Part shown: positions 20,767 to 35,234 of the stretch, one piece after another
Layout of the letters: every line of letters starts with the position of its first letter
Position numbering within the stretch: position 1 is the first letter of the stretch
Assembly: GCA_051294905.1 (NCBI GenBank)
Contig: CM119377.1
Span: 4,774,001-4,838,000 of the forward strand
Reading direction: 5' to 3'
DNA length: 64,000 bases
Source of the DNA: Botryllus schlosseri
Taxonomy: Eukaryota
Position numbers and translations under genes: made by a program
The notes under the pieces: model-generated
The model's input: only the letters and a program-made list of their open reading frames with translations
Told to the model about the DNA's origin: nothing
Databases searched by the model: none

Positions 20767-22450
20767 TCATGATTTATCGGATGTTGCCTTTACATGCGTC
20801 GAGTGGAAGATATCTACTGTCGTGGAATGACAAGGTCGCAAATCTAAATTGTGCGTCCCTAACGATAATTTATCAATCCTTTTAAAATAGTCCAATCCTC
20901 GCCCGATTTTAATGATCCAACCGTTACTAAGTCGGATTTCTCTATCGTGAAGGGAGTCCGAGTAGTAAATTTTCAACGAGACATTCTTTTTCTGGAGTCC
21001 AGAGAAGACGTGCTGTAGGTTTTCTGCTTGCTGGTGCTGGCCCGGATCGCTGGATGTAGTGAGGTGAATTTCACGCAGCTTGCTGCAACGGCACACCAAA
21101 AGCTCGCAGAATTGTAGAAAATTGTTGATCTGTGAGAAATTAAGGATAGTCACCGCAGGCTTTAACAACATTGTTAGTGCACTTCAATGCAGGATGTGCT
21201 ACAATAGTTTGCTGGAGCATTTGAAAATGAACATATTTTTTGAGTGGAACGAGTAATTGAAGGTGACACTGGAATCGAATATAATCCACCCTCATTCATC
21301 AACTATTTGGTTATGATTGGATCTTTCAGGTTACTCCCATTTCAGCTTTTGAAGCAGATTTACTTCCTACTCAAATCGTGGTAGAAATGTTAAAATTCTC
21401 ATTACTCTGATGGCAACCACACTGGTTTTAAATTTGATATTGTTCATGCAGATACGTTCCAAAATTTCGATGCTGGGTGAGCTATTGGCGACTTGAAGTA
21501 TTCTACATCAATTCTTCCACCCATTGCTTGTATTTCTCAAAATACTATATTTCAAGACACCTGATGAAAATTTCGAATGTATGCATCTTCTATAAAAACT
21601 TCAGACACCGAGTCATCCAAGTACGGCCCAAAAATATGCGCATAGCCATTTCCCGTGCTGTATTCCTGTAATGCAAGATTCAATATGTGACGCAGGCAAA
21701 TGCGAAGCAGTGGGAAGTGATTTAAAATGAATTTATAAAGACTTAGTACTATGGGGGAACTCATAGGTGAAATTGAAGTATAGGGTTCGATTTTTGTTAT
21801 GTACTTACGTAGAGAGCTGTAAATTAACAAACCTTTATTCGCTATAATTCAGCATAGAAAGGGGACGCGTTATATTAAAATTTCGTTTTCAACATGGTTG
21901 GTCAATCCACCATTACCTATTGACCCTACTGGAATCACGGTACGTTTTGCCTAATATAAGAAGAGAGCAGTGACGATTTTCCAAGTTGCAGTAGTTCAAT
22001 AAAAAATAATCAAAAAACAAAACATATAGTGTGACAGTGAGCACAGGACACCGATTCCATACAGGCTTATTGAAAGTTTTGCGAGGTCTGCGTTTTCACG
22101 TTCTATGTCACAAATGCACATTCTAGAGACCTGTATGTGAATCTGTTCGTGATATTTGCCTTCCTGTTTCTGTTTCTGAATCGTATCTTTTATTTCCTCA
22201 GCTCTCGTTATGTATTCGGACAATTTCTCGCGAAATCTCTTCTTTTTTTCTTGGTCAGTGCACGCTGCAAAATTTCAACGAATAACTCTCAACTTTGAAC
22301 GAGATACAGAATGTTCCAACATTTTAGAACGACGAGAAGCAAGTCGATCCCTTCTTCGTAACAAGTTAGCGCAGGTTGCAATCTTTTTTCCTGCTCGTGC
22401 TCAATGGCTCGTGATATGATCCTGATAGCTGAAGTTTGAATCCCCTCCAT
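20767..22450 (-). CDS. MITD1: MIT domain-containing protein 1 (ESCRT-III-binding MIT domain + PLD-like domain)
   Basis: Exons (-) 22450-22321, 22264-22131, 21665-21561, 21129-20767, with consistent phases. Motifs [63 protein letters not shown]. Confidence 0.96.
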
Positions 22451-23763
22451 AACAAAACAACAGGCTGTGATCCCACTCGAGATTCGTAACAAGACACTAG
22501 ATTTGACAAGTGAAAAGTGCTGAATTGAAGACGGTTATACATTAGTTTTGGAATATACGGCTAGCTTAAGATTAAACTTTTGTTCGCCAGCTGCTGGACG
22601 ATTCCCCCTGGTTTCTCCCGGACCTGCAGTTTGTTTGTTTACATCGGGCGTCATCTTATGATTTGGCGCTGCCAGTGACCAGAATGTGATATATGTGTAG
22701 AGATAGGGATGACAATTTGTAAAAATACACCAGATGGAATGCGATCTAATGAACAAATAGGAAGATTGCGGCTGTCAATTTTACATCCACGTAAGTCTCC
22801 TGGTATTACTAGTAATACAAGTAGACCCAAACAGTTTTAGCTTAGAATGTCTTCCAGTAAAGAAGAGTTCGTGAGAAAAAGTGTCCTTCTCTTTACGTCT
22901 GGTGTTTATTCCATTCATGTGTTCAAAGAGGTCAACTAAGAAAAAGAAAACTAACAACACTGATCAAATAAATAACTAAAAAAACTACATTTCCTATAAT
23001 TGACGTAAAGTAAGCAAAGTGGTGGGGGATTGCGGCAGATTGTGCCACGGGCCATATTATCATAGCCTTTATAGCCGATAGCTGCCACAGAAAACAATGG
23101 AGTGTAACGACTATCTTATAAAGGCTATGATATTATCATGTTCGACCGGAAACTGTCTGCGGGTCACTATAAATCTCGTCGCGGGCCATTTGTTTCTCGC
23201 CCCTGCTCTAGTGTGACAACAGCGCTTTTATTGTACAAGCAATGCGAGCAATTTCTGCTCAATCAACTCTAGTCTGCCTCAAGATTATCAGACCACAATC
23301 CGACATATTGAGCTCGCCTATATAAAAGACTACTCCGAATCGTATCGGCACCCTCCTATCTTTTCACTCTATCGCAATCGTTTGGTGTATTGATTTGAAT
23401 AAAATTTTAATAAAATGATGACGAAGATTGTATCAATAATTATCCGCCGGTGGGCAGTATGTATTCGAACTTTGTGGATAACAAGTAAGACAATCTCGTC
23501 ATCATTCGTACAATCGTACAAGCTTCTCTCGTCACAATTTATCTTGACCCCCAGTTCGTAAAATAGATGCAATGTATTCATAATAATTCACATTTTAAAT
23601 TATTAATCTATCGATAGCACAATATTCAACGGATACTCATCGTACATCTTGTCAATTTTAGGCCGTTGTTCAATAATACAGATGCATAAATTATGTCTTT
23701 CACTGCTTTATAGATCATCGGCGATGTGCTAGTTTGTTATAGGTATTTTTCATTGGTAAACGA

Positions 23764-24700
23764 CAGGGGTGGCAAACACGTCGACCGTGGTGCCATTACG
23801 AGTCGATCCTCACGACTTTCGTAGCAAAATTACGTCTTTGACCTTGATTTACTCATCCATAACCAAATTGCATAATTTGAAAATCCATAAACAACAACTA
23901 GTCCGGTAAAAACGGAATACTATGCTGAGCATTTGTCACCAAATAAAAATAGCCCACTATGGGAATGTGTACCTCATTTGTAAAACGTAGAAGATATAGT
24001 CGTCTATATTTCGTTTTCGTAACAGATTAATAATTCGTTTCCAACAATATAGCGAAGTGTGTGTGGTTCGAAGTGCTTCCGATGAGTTCGGTCTTTAGGA
24101 GTGATTACTGTGAAATGAGTAAAACAGTGTAATTTGAGTCGATGTGATCTAAGTTATCCGCCCTGTTTTGCATCAACGTGTTCAGGCGAATTGGCGTTCC
24201 CTTTCTGTTGCCATTCAATCGAATGCATGAAATTTTCACTCTCGAAATACACGCTTATTTGCAATAGGCCTACTCATTGTGGACAATACGATGACGCAAA
24301 TATCTATTTCATTGATAACTGAGGTATATATTTGATGTGTTATACAAATTGTTATTATAACAGCATTTTTACTGCGGTTTCCTTCTATCTCTTCCTGAGT
24401 TGAAATTCCATCTTTGACAGGTGTGCCATTTTTAGGTTTTGCACAAAACATTGAAATACCAATATATTACTAAATGCTTACATTTCAATTTCGTAAGGGG
24501 AATACACAAATCGGCCTTTTTAATTGTGACATTTGATTATGCTCATGAGAGAGTCATGTAACAAATCAACGCTATATTAAAAGCTATTGCACGCCAGAAA
24601 TAAACTATAGAATATCATTATTGGTCATAAATCCAGCAATGGTCGATCGCGAAATATACGGTAATTAGAAAGTCTGTCTCTGACAGCCGCAAGACCTTTG
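23764..24700 (+). mobile_element. Degenerate hAT (Charlie-group) element, right boundary uncertain
   Basis: Starts CAGGGGTGGCAAACACGTCGACC. GGTCGATCGCG-type subterminal motif near 24640. No clear TSD. Confidence 0.35.
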
Positions 24701-25250
24701 AGTTTGAGGTTCAAGTCAGACCACAGAATCTATTTCTATATTGAAGCTCTATCGAACCTCCTCGTCACTCGATAAGAATAAGCGGTGTTACTAATACCTC
24801 TCAATATTTTGATGTAGAATGCAGAACAGCCAATTTTATCACCAAATTTTATAAGTCAATCAGTCAACGCACTAATAGTTTCTCCGTTTGCTACCGGAAG
24901 CATTCAATACTGGTATTTTTCATTGTTATCGGTCCAAATCTACGCGGCAGTTGTAACAAATTCCTCGCGATATATTTGCCCGTACTTTTCTGACGTCAGG
25001 ACGATACTCATCATTCAAAACTTTTAGTCTTGGGCATGCATTTGGCTGGATGTGAACCATTAAAATTACTAACGAATCTACTTCGCAGACGGTTATCCGG
25101 ATTTTATGAGAATTTCGATTGCTAAAGTGACGCAAACCTATACAAAAACTACTTTCTACTTTACCAACCTTAAAGTATAAAAAGTCAGTGATATGCTAAA
25201 AATAACTGTCAAGTAGAAGTGAAAAAAGTCTTAAATCATAGCCATTCGAG

Positions 25251-25745
25251 TAGGTTTGCATTTAAAACAATCGGTGTTTTAAACCGTGTTTTAAACAAAT
25301 GCCTTTTTTAAACATTTTTTTAAACGTTGTGTAAAAACTGTGGAAAAAGATTGAGCATGCGCCTACGGACGATTTGCACCCAATAGAATCCACGTATACG
25401 TTGTGGAGTAGGGCTCTTCAAAAATGACTTTTTTTCTCAAATCGTACTGGCTACTTGATAAAATTGTTAGGTCACCTAATTTAAGCCTACACACAAAATT
25501 TGGATCAATTCCACCCAATAACCGCTTTGCTACAGGAGAAGAAAGTTTCTATTTATTATATAAAAATAAATAATAAAAAATTTGATTTTCTCTTCACCCC
25601 ATGAAAGTGTTGGGCTGTTTATAGAAACGATGCTCACCAAATTTGGTTCAATTTCAACCAGTGGAAGCGGAGTTATTGCCGTCGAAAAATTTGGATTTGA
25701 GTAAAATAGTATTTACGGTGAGCACAACTATAATAAATAAACAAA
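25251..25745 (+). mobile_element. Truncated family C MITE fused to a fragment of family D
   Basis: TAGGTTTGCATTTAAAAC start. 25420-25730 aligns to 34760-35070. Confidence 0.65.
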
Positions 25746-25790
25746 GAATCGGTCATATCGGCTCTCCAAGTTTTTACCATACAATGTATG

Positions 25791-26175
25791 GGGAAGCGAG
25801 TGGCGCAGTTGGTTAAACACTGCAGTCACGACACCAATGGTTACTGGTTCGAGTCTCGGCTCTCCCATGTTTCTATGTGTCGGAGGTTTATCTGGGCTCC
25901 TCATCGCCGATCCCGCTGTAAATACAGCGCCTTGACAAGCCCAGAGAAAGAGAGAGCCGAACTCCTGAAAGATGGCATCAGAAGACTAAGTTGCGGGCGC
26001 GTAAAAATCGAGAGAGACTGATGGTGGGAAGAGTGCGTGCACCCGTGCATGGAAGTCGTCCGTAATACGACGAAAAGACCGTAAAAATACAGTTGACATT
26101 ACTGAAATTGATGTACTGGGCCCAAATGACCTTATAGGCGATAAGCGCCAATGTTGTGCGAATAAAACAAACAAA
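25791..26175 (+). mobile_element. Full-length tRNA-derived SINE with 15-bp TSD
   Basis: A-box TGGCGCAGTTGG, B-box GGTTCGAGTCT, shared core 25879-25902, A-rich tail AATAAAACAAACAAA. TSD ACCATACAATGTATG at 25776-25790 and 26176-26190. Confidence 0.88.
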
Positions 26176-27271
26176 ACCATACAATGTATGTTAGGCAATT
26201 ACCAAAAATTACCTTAATTTTGGCCTCGAATGGCTGTGAATATTGCGTACTGTATTTCATGGTTTACGAATGAAAAAAGTCTCTCTCTCCAGTGTAAGAT
26301 CAATTAGCAGTTCTAATTACATTCTGTCAACAGTTTTCTATAATTGGTCAATGGTCATGCTTTAACATGTCGAGACAACCTAGTCTCTAATCTTACAATG
26401 GCGGACATTCCACGAACCTTGCTTACGACACAATCTTTCCTTGCAGTACTTGTATTTTGCAATGTCGCTATAGCATAGGCACGAGGTGAATGTAAGGCGC
26501 GGAAAGGCGAAAATGATTCTATATTTGCTCTTGACTTTCACTCGTGAAAATAACGATAAGGAACTAAGTATAGTAACAGTTGATACGCGGATACATGTTC
26601 AGACACTCGATAATGCGGTTACAATATAAATGAAAAGCAGTACGCAAGCTGGCATGGCTTGTGAGTCCAAAATGGGAACGTTTTCAACCGCTAAAACCCA
26701 GGAATAAAAGCGGAAACACAACGATACCTCAAAACGTGAATTATATTCGGTGTAGGCATGCATAAGGAACTTGAGAATCCACATAAAATAGCGGTAACCT
26801 ATCTCTTGAGAGATGCTTGGTGTTAAAAAGAGATAAAACGTCGTACAACACCATCAATATCAAAATGCATCAGACAGCATATTGTTTACAATGAAGGTTT
26901 CGAAAATATAAAATTTTGTTATGCCACGCATGATTCATCCTCAGGCTGGACTTCTGCGAATCGCATAATCACGGGATGACCTGATCACAATAAAATGCGT
27001 ATCGGCGTCACAATTCAGATTATAAAAGCGCGGGTTTTGGCGCACGCTGGAAACACGCTGGAACATGTGTAAAAATCGGTAATAATAGAGTACGCGCGAA
27101 GTGAAAACCGGACTTTGTATCTCGTCGCCAGGATTCGATTTTTTCAAAGAGGATAGACCTGAAACACAACGATAAATATGATTAATTTGAGGAATTAAAG
27201 CAGTTGGATCATTTGTCCTCGTGAACATCAGCACAAGTTTTAAAGGGGTTGGGGTTTCAACCCCCAAAACC

Positions 27272-27769
27272 CAGGGTTGTAATGGCTCGACTCGCGATTT
27301 TCTTATGACTCAAATTGACTCGAGTCATTTTCTCACAACACGGAAATAACTGTGTATTGACTCGACTTGCACTCGAGTCATTGCGCATGAATCGAACCAA
27401 GTCATATGAATCGAGACTCGGACCGACATTTCACTGTAATTTCGAAGAATAGTAAAGTAACCACACTAATGGGGTTTCGTCTATTGGTACTGGTACTTGA
27501 AAATGCATCCAGAAACCGCTGATAGTGAGGAATATTAGTATATTATAAATGCGAACCATTCGATATCACCAAGCAGAGTTATAAAAAGTGGATTTAAGAA
27601 GACTCTAATTGGAAACTGAGCAGTCAACACAATGACTTGGAATCGGACTCGAGTCATAATACCATGACTCGGTAGTGAATTGAAAATGACTCGACTTGAC
27701 TCGAGTCAAAACTATAAAAGTGAGATTGACTTGTGACTCGGAGCCTTGTGACTTGGTTATACAGCCCTG
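27272..27769 (+). mobile_element. hAT-like MITE family A
   Basis: CAGGGTTGTAAT...TATACAGCCCTG. CAAAACC on both flanks. Aligns along its length to 9233-9709. Confidence 0.85.
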
Positions 27770-30700
27770 GGCAAAACCCACCCCCTGAGCTAACAACGGC
27801 TGCAAGAACATTACACAGTAGAACACCGGCATCGCGATTCACGACAAACAAAGATACATGTTTTCAAGTTTTTAGGCGTTTCTATTTTTCCAAGCGCGCA
27901 ACTAGAACTAGAACTAGAACCGTCAACCAGCTAACTAGATTGGTCCTTTGCAATAGTCTGGCATAATTACGAGAGTAATGGCGGAACGATTTCGGCCGCG
28001 AGATTACGATCGCTCGTTACGATTACGGCGGGGCTTGTTTGTTGTCGTGTTATCGCTCGATACAAAACACAATGAATCCGTGTTGCCTACATATCGGATT
28101 AAAAGTTGTTGATTAGATACACGACCCTACGCGCCGATAACGCGGGCTAAGGTCGCGATGGTTTTACCGGGAGGGTGTTTTCGCGAAGGTTGTATAATGT
28201 ATGTGTCATTGTGATACTCCTAGCTGGTTTACATTTCTACGAGTCGACGTAAGCCTCACAACAACGAACCCCCTTGCTATAAAACCAACTGTGTGGTCAA
28301 CTACAGCATGTCACACAGTCAGTAACAAAGTATTTCTACATTTTCCGAACCTTCTACTTCTACTTGAGTAGCAATACTGAACAGTCAGCGCGAATAACAC
28401 GCGATAAGCAAGCAACCGATGCATTCTGGCGTTTATAAGGAGGTGATACAGGTACCGGATTTGACTGACTCCTCCTACGCTTATAGTCTGTCTGTGACAT
28501 AACGGAGAATGGGAATTACGTCACTTGCGCCAGAGGCGTAAATTCCGTATCGCGGACGAGTTTTTGGTGTTTTCGAAATCGCGGCCAGTCACAGTCTAAA
28601 CACGACTATTGTGTTTTTTTCCCGAAAATATATGCCCCGCTGCTTTGGAGATCAGGCGAATATCTAGACTTTAGAGGGTCAGCCAATCGCACATACTGCC
28701 AAAAATAGTCTGTCATATGCGATATGATTAATAGAATTGGACACAATGATTCGACTATTAATTGTAACTGATTCTTGTAGCGATATTGTTCAGCACTGCA
28801 ATTATACATCCGATGTCACTGCGAGTTATTCTATCAATTAATTTTTAGACACTATGGTCCCACAGTCGGAAACCTTGAAATCATCACAGCATCTAAAACG
28901 GTACGCGCGTTGGCGGAAGCGAAATTTCAGTAAAATAGTATTTTCATAAAAGCATAATTAATTGTCCAGTGCAACTGGCGTTATTGAATTTACATATTCG
29001 AACGATCCAAGTCATTCGTGCTGTTATGACTCCTTAATAAGCAGTACTAGAATAATCGGATCGAATCGAAGCTTGATTCGGAATCGAATCACATACAATC
29101 GAATTCCCGGACTTAAAACCGTCTTCAACTATATGCTATTAAACGCGAACAAGTTCCTCAATCGCTGCGCAGGTGTACGATGCGGCGAATTATGTCATAA
29201 GCACTTGAAAACCGCAAATTCGCGACAGCTATCCATTCGGAGTAGCGCTACCGCGGTTTCGCGCGTTACCGTCCTTGTTCAGGAATATCCAGTTTATGTC
29301 ATAAATCAATCATTGTATTGAAATTGCTATTAGATCAAAACGGTACAAGATTGCGATATAATGAACAGATAGGAGGGTGTCGAAACGACTAGGAGTGGTC
29401 AGACAGCCACCAATAGCCTCGCAGACTTAAAAGGTCGAGTAATCGTTCTTTCTAAAGAAATCGACTAGATATATATTACGATTACTATCGTTTTTTTTTC
29501 GAATGCAATCGATTGCGCTGACGATTACTTGAAGATACTGTAATCGATTACGATTTCAAATCATGATTACCCCATGTCTGCTGACAACTCATTGAACGAC
29601 ACAAGTTCAGATTCTGGTTCAAATCTTGATGAGCAAGCACCCTGAATGATATAACTCATATTTCGACAATTCTAATCCGAGCTCGACTGTCATCGATAAA
29701 GCGATTGATGAGATCTGATATAGCGATACGCTATATTCGTATCTTCCCCATTCAATATTTTAGGATACGCGAAGAGATTAAGACCGCGCTGCTAGACCAA
29801 TTTGCGGGGAATCTATTCTCTAGGCCGGCCGCAAATTTACATCGTGATGAACGCCTTGTTATAATTACCGCCGCGCCACGCCTATCTATTGTCTGAAATT
29901 GCTGTTTTTGTCAAAATACAACCCGTTATCCTAACGTAACCCAAACAAATAGATCAAGAAGTCATTGTTACTAGCATGCACGAGACGGTTAATATGACTG
30001 TGATGAATTAGTTTTTTTACGACGCCAAGGCGCTTTTGACATTATTGTCAGCGCTGTTAGGCATTATCTTAATTCCTTTTCACAGTAGTACATTACTGTA
30101 CACAACGAACGTGTTTTGCATTGTTCTAACTATGCGAATTCCGCAATGATGTCGTCAGTCGCATACATTTCCAATGGTTTTTCCAGACAGTTGCATTACG
30201 CGTTGGATCCATCGCCCTGTTGAGTCGAATTCATAAGTAGTTCATAGGTGGCCACTGTCTGTATGAAGTACATTTGCTTTTTCGGTGTACTCGAAAAAGT
30301 TTTGCATCACTTACTTCGGTGGTTACGATTTTAGACACACTCCCACTTCTACTTTGCACCGAGTTTGAAATAGCTACTTGTATACTTGAACTTGAGTAGA
30401 AATGTTCGCAATTCTGGTTAACAGTTTTCAAATTTTTCACAAAACCGAATCTTCGGTTTTAACATACTTAGAAATCGCTACTTTTATCTGTACTTTGGTA
30501 GAAATATCAAACATTGCTTCATGCATCCAATAACTATTTTGACCACCCCTGGTCTCATTCGCTTGGCGTGCCGCAAGTTCGCGGTGTAAGCTACAGCAGA
30601 TATCGCGAAATTGCAAGACAGTTATCACCTAGCGCGAGATTACATCCGGATTATCTCGCGGCCCAGAACGCCGAGGTCACAAACAACGCGTTTCCCGGCA

Positions 30701-33700
30701 TGTTATCGCGACCCGTACCCGGGGCCTTGTTGAGGGTAGCAGCTGAGGTCGCGCGATACGAGATGTAACAACACAGGCGCGTTTACGTTGATAATTTTAC
30801 GCAGTTTACCCTAGCGCGCTGTAGGGCATATGCAAATCCGCGTTTTCACGGTAAAACAACAACGGTTTATCGCAGGTCTAAGCGCGAATGCACGGTGAAG
30901 GAAGTATGTCGACTTAGCTTAATGCGGACACTTAGTCCGCTCACTTTTGGTCAAATTAAGGATAGAAACGGCTTTGTCCGAGTTAGCGGAATATCAATTG
31001 TTCGCTTCATGTCCATTGTCGATGGTCGTGCGTAAGGTACACGACGCATTCAAAATGCGCTATTGCTGCACAATTAATTAATTCCAGCTACGCTATACTG
31101 CAGTAATTGGCGAAGATCGTATAAAACGCATATTACTTGTGCAGATTTTCGATACCAAACCATTCAGCAAATATTGTATATTGCATTACTGTGTAACACA
31201 CGCATTCAAGGTTCAAATAGTGCTTTTTGATATCCGCGCAAACGTTTCCGAGCCTTTTTGCCTAACAAAGCGACTGTCCTGGTTATCCGGTGTTCGAATT
31301 GAGCGGAGTCGACTTCATCGTAACTTGATTTGAGGTGTTCAGTACTGACCATTCCTATGTAATGGAAATCCAAATCTACCCCAATATCGCGTTATTGCAG
31401 GTCGACGTGAATACTGCATGGTGAAGGGACTGTTGCAATTTGATTTCCTTGTCACGAATCACTTAGATGTACCGCGCTGCTAACGATCGCACCACATCTA
31501 ACGTTACCAAGTCGACAATGAGATATATTTATAGAATACACGCTCTGGCAACAAGGCCGCGATAAAAATATGATGTATCGACTTCACCCTATAATTCGTT
31601 CGCAGTCGTGACCTCGTTCTGTGCAAAACACGACTTCGAGGGAAATTATATTGCAATCTATCGCCGCTGTTTATGTGTCTGATCGTTTGGGGGGTCGATT
31701 GATATTTCTGATGGCAGTCTCAATTAGCCAGCACGTTTTCCGACTGGCTATGGTGTGGCAGCTCCAAAGCGACTGCATGATAAGGCGTGGACCTTGTTAG
31801 GCTGTTTCAATAGCGAGCGAACTTTGTTTGGGTGTGTTTCGTGCAGTATTCTGCGGTGTCAGGCAGCGACTATCGATGTGCGTTCCCATAACGTTGATTG
31901 CCCGCCAATCAAACATCCCTTTTACCACAAAAACCGATATTGGACGCAATACGAGCGATTTCGGATCGAGCGACTCTTCCGTCTGGTGCGGAGCGAACCA
32001 AATTTGCTCATTACGCTTTCGGTGAAATGCAAAAAGTTACATTATCTTCCTTATGTTGTGACCATATTGCATGGCTGTAACAAAGAAAAGACAGCTACAA
32101 GAAAACATAACTTTTCCGCTGACAACTGCGTCTCGTATCATGCATTCAGTGTTTTGATCAACATGTATTCCCAGACGCTGTTCCCGTATGAGTATGATTG
32201 ATAAGCTACCTGCGGCTTGTACTAAGGATAACGACGTAACTACGCATCTTATTAGCGAACGTGTATCGCAAATTACGGCGACATGTCCCTGTAACACCGC
32301 GCGGGGCTATTTACGTTCCAAGACAAACTGGTATTGGCGCAGGCAAACAAAATCCCTCATATGTTAGATGCTTATAAAGCTGGGCAAATAGGATGGATGG
32401 TAAATTACCTGGAATTAAAACCTCGCGACCCCTGGAATTTATAGCGTTAATTTCTTAACCTTGTATTCCGTGATAGCGACGCGTGCGCTACATTGATATC
32501 GTTTATGCGTGATATGATATCACGCTGACGTTTTATGACCCCGGTGTAGTGTTGAGAAAGGGTTAACGATGAGTATTGTGAGATAACATCCAAGTTGATG
32601 CGTTTCGTGATTTCGAGGGTTCGCCACACAGCAGATAAGGCATTTGCAAATATCACGACCCTTTGCAAACACTAGCATTGAGGGTGGTAATCAAAAACAT
32701 TTCTTATTCAACCTTGCAGCGATATCCTGCTAAAGGCGGAGGGAATATCAACCGGGGCCTGGTCGAAATGGCGCTAAATTGTGTTTTCAAACCCGGGCGT
32801 GTATTGTGTTAGCAAATAGACACGTCTCTCTGTGTACACTGTTTCCATTCTGGTTTCATAAAGGTTGATGCCCCTTCCACAATTATTGAACGTCTCCTAT
32901 TTATATAACTGTGTTTGGCAACAATTTTTCATGTGTTTGTGCGGCAAATAGACGAAGAAAAGGGGTTTTTCTATTTGATTTTACGGCGTAACTCGTGAAA
33001 CGGGAATATACAGTCGGTATATCCGCTGAGTGACATGACATGTTTTATTGAGATAACATGAACTCCTTTTTCGAAGATGTAGGTTGGAGGTCGGAAGTTG
33101 GGATCAATTAGTCATTATGCTGATTTATTAATTCGGATTTTTTTAATTCGATCTGTGTACTATGTGTCTGACTATTCGGGGTGAGGCTGATTCACGTTTG
33201 CTCCGCAATCCAATACTTGATCTATTTTAAAATTTAATAATATGTCCATACTAGACGTAAGGGTTCCTGGCCCCGTAAAAATCAGAACTCATGAGGTCAT
33301 CAAGATTCATATGATTCTCGTAGACTTTGTATGCATAGAAGTCTCCATTTCAAATATTACTATTACGTTTTATTTAAATTTGAATACAGAATGTGTCCAA
33401 TATGCTGTGCATTATAAAGAAGTCTCCATTTGAAATTTCATTGTTAATGTGTAGATTTTAATCTATACAAGTGAATGGTATATTCATATTGAAATAAACC
33501 CGAATATTTTCGACTTTCCAATTCTAGAACATTCGGGTATATTTCAACATGAATATGCCATATAAAGGTATATTGAAGTTTTGTACCTCCATGAAACCCA
33601 TTTTAATATGCGACGTGCTCAATAACCTGTATATTATTTTTTTTAAAACATTTCAAATAATATTACGTCATTGCAGACAAGGTTTAATATACCAATATCC

Positions 33701-34787
33701 GTCTCAAATTAAGTGATAATTCTACATGCTGCATACTAAGGGTGCATTAGCAAAACTTGACGTTGTCCCACGGAAATAGAGCCTGTTCGGATATACAATG
33801 CCAAAGTAACAGCGACGGTCAACAAACAATAAATCATCAAACAGAAACGACTGGCGCCGAATCATGGATAATAAACAAGCCGTATACCCCGTAACCTTTT
33901 TATTCACAGGGGCCGTGGTTTTAAATTACGAGGCACATGTCTAGGAATAAATCTGCAATCTTAAAATTGTGTAATACACTATTTTGTGTGTACCTACGGG
34001 TTCAATAATTTCGTGGATGGCCAAATGTAGAAATTGTTTAATTAGTTGACCATTGGTATTGTAGTAAAAGTTTTATTACGAAATCACTTGTGTGCTCTGT
34101 GGTTGCCCGGGTTGGGGAATAAATAAGTCACGTTTCGCGCGGCCAGAGAATGTCGAATCCCTAACTTTTACTGGCCCATTAATATGCTGGTCAATATTGT
34201 TTCTTTAGCGACGCTCTCTTTTATTTCAAGAGGCAATGTTGGCGGATTTCGCCTGTCACCGGTTTGGAGAAAGATAATTTCTGCCCGTACGGTGTACTCT
34301 ATAAAAGGGCGGGGACGGTATATATATAGGAACAAATAAATATTGTGTCATGACATAGGTTTGGTCGCTCTTTGTTCTACGTAATGAAAATGACCACGCA
34401 GGAATTACAGTTTATCTTTTTTTCGGATATATCACAGGGTCGCTACATGGAGGCATGTTTGATGACATTATCTAATGTCAAAAGGGATTACAATTGAGTA
34501 CAGTGAACGCGCGAACATTGTGTGCATTAAGAGGTGGTCAGTGACGGAGTACTTCTTTCGGAGTACTCAAGTAGGCTTGTCTATTTGCACTGCTTACCCA
34601 AATGGTTATGAATGTGGTGCAAGTTCACTTCGGCTTGATACTTTCAAGTTTTTAGGCGAAAATACGCTTGATACCTACTTTTTTATTTACCTGAAAATGG
34701 TCGATCCTGCTTGAGTGCCAAAGATACCTAATTTGACTTCCTCCGTGTACCGTAGGGGTGTTCAAAAACGACTTTTTTCTCAAATTG

Positions 34788-35234
34788 TACTGGCTACTTG
34801 ATAAAATTGTTAGGTTACATAATTGAAGCAAGTACACCAAATTTGGTTCAATTCCAGCCAGTAGCTGCATTTGCTACAGGACAGGAAAGTTTTTTTATTT
34901 ATTATATAAAAATGAATAATGAAAATATCAAAATTTTCTGTTCACCCCATGAAAGTGTTAGGTTGTCTATAGAAACGACGCTCACCAAATTTGGCTCAAT
35001 TCCAACCAGTGGAAGCTGAGTTATTGCCGTCTAAAATTTTTTAGATTTGAATAAAATAGTATTTACGGTGTCCGATTCTTTAATTATTTATTATAATAGG
35101 TGCGCCCACCGTGAACACTATTTTATTCAAAACCAAATTTTTCCTGCAGCAATGCGGCTACTGGCTGGAATTGAACCAAATTTGGTGTGTAGGCTTAAAT
35201 TAGGTAACCTAACAATTTTATCGAGTAGCCAGTA
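34788..35234. mobile_element. Palindromic MITE-like element (family D)
   Basis: Arms 34788-34864 and 35157-35234 are reverse complements, with an inner IR around 35047-35130. Second partial copy at ~25420-25730. Confidence 0.7.

Noticed and set aside
25791-25867. tRNA gene
   Set aside because: A and B boxes are present but the cloverleaf is imperfect. It continues into a SINE body with tail and TSD.
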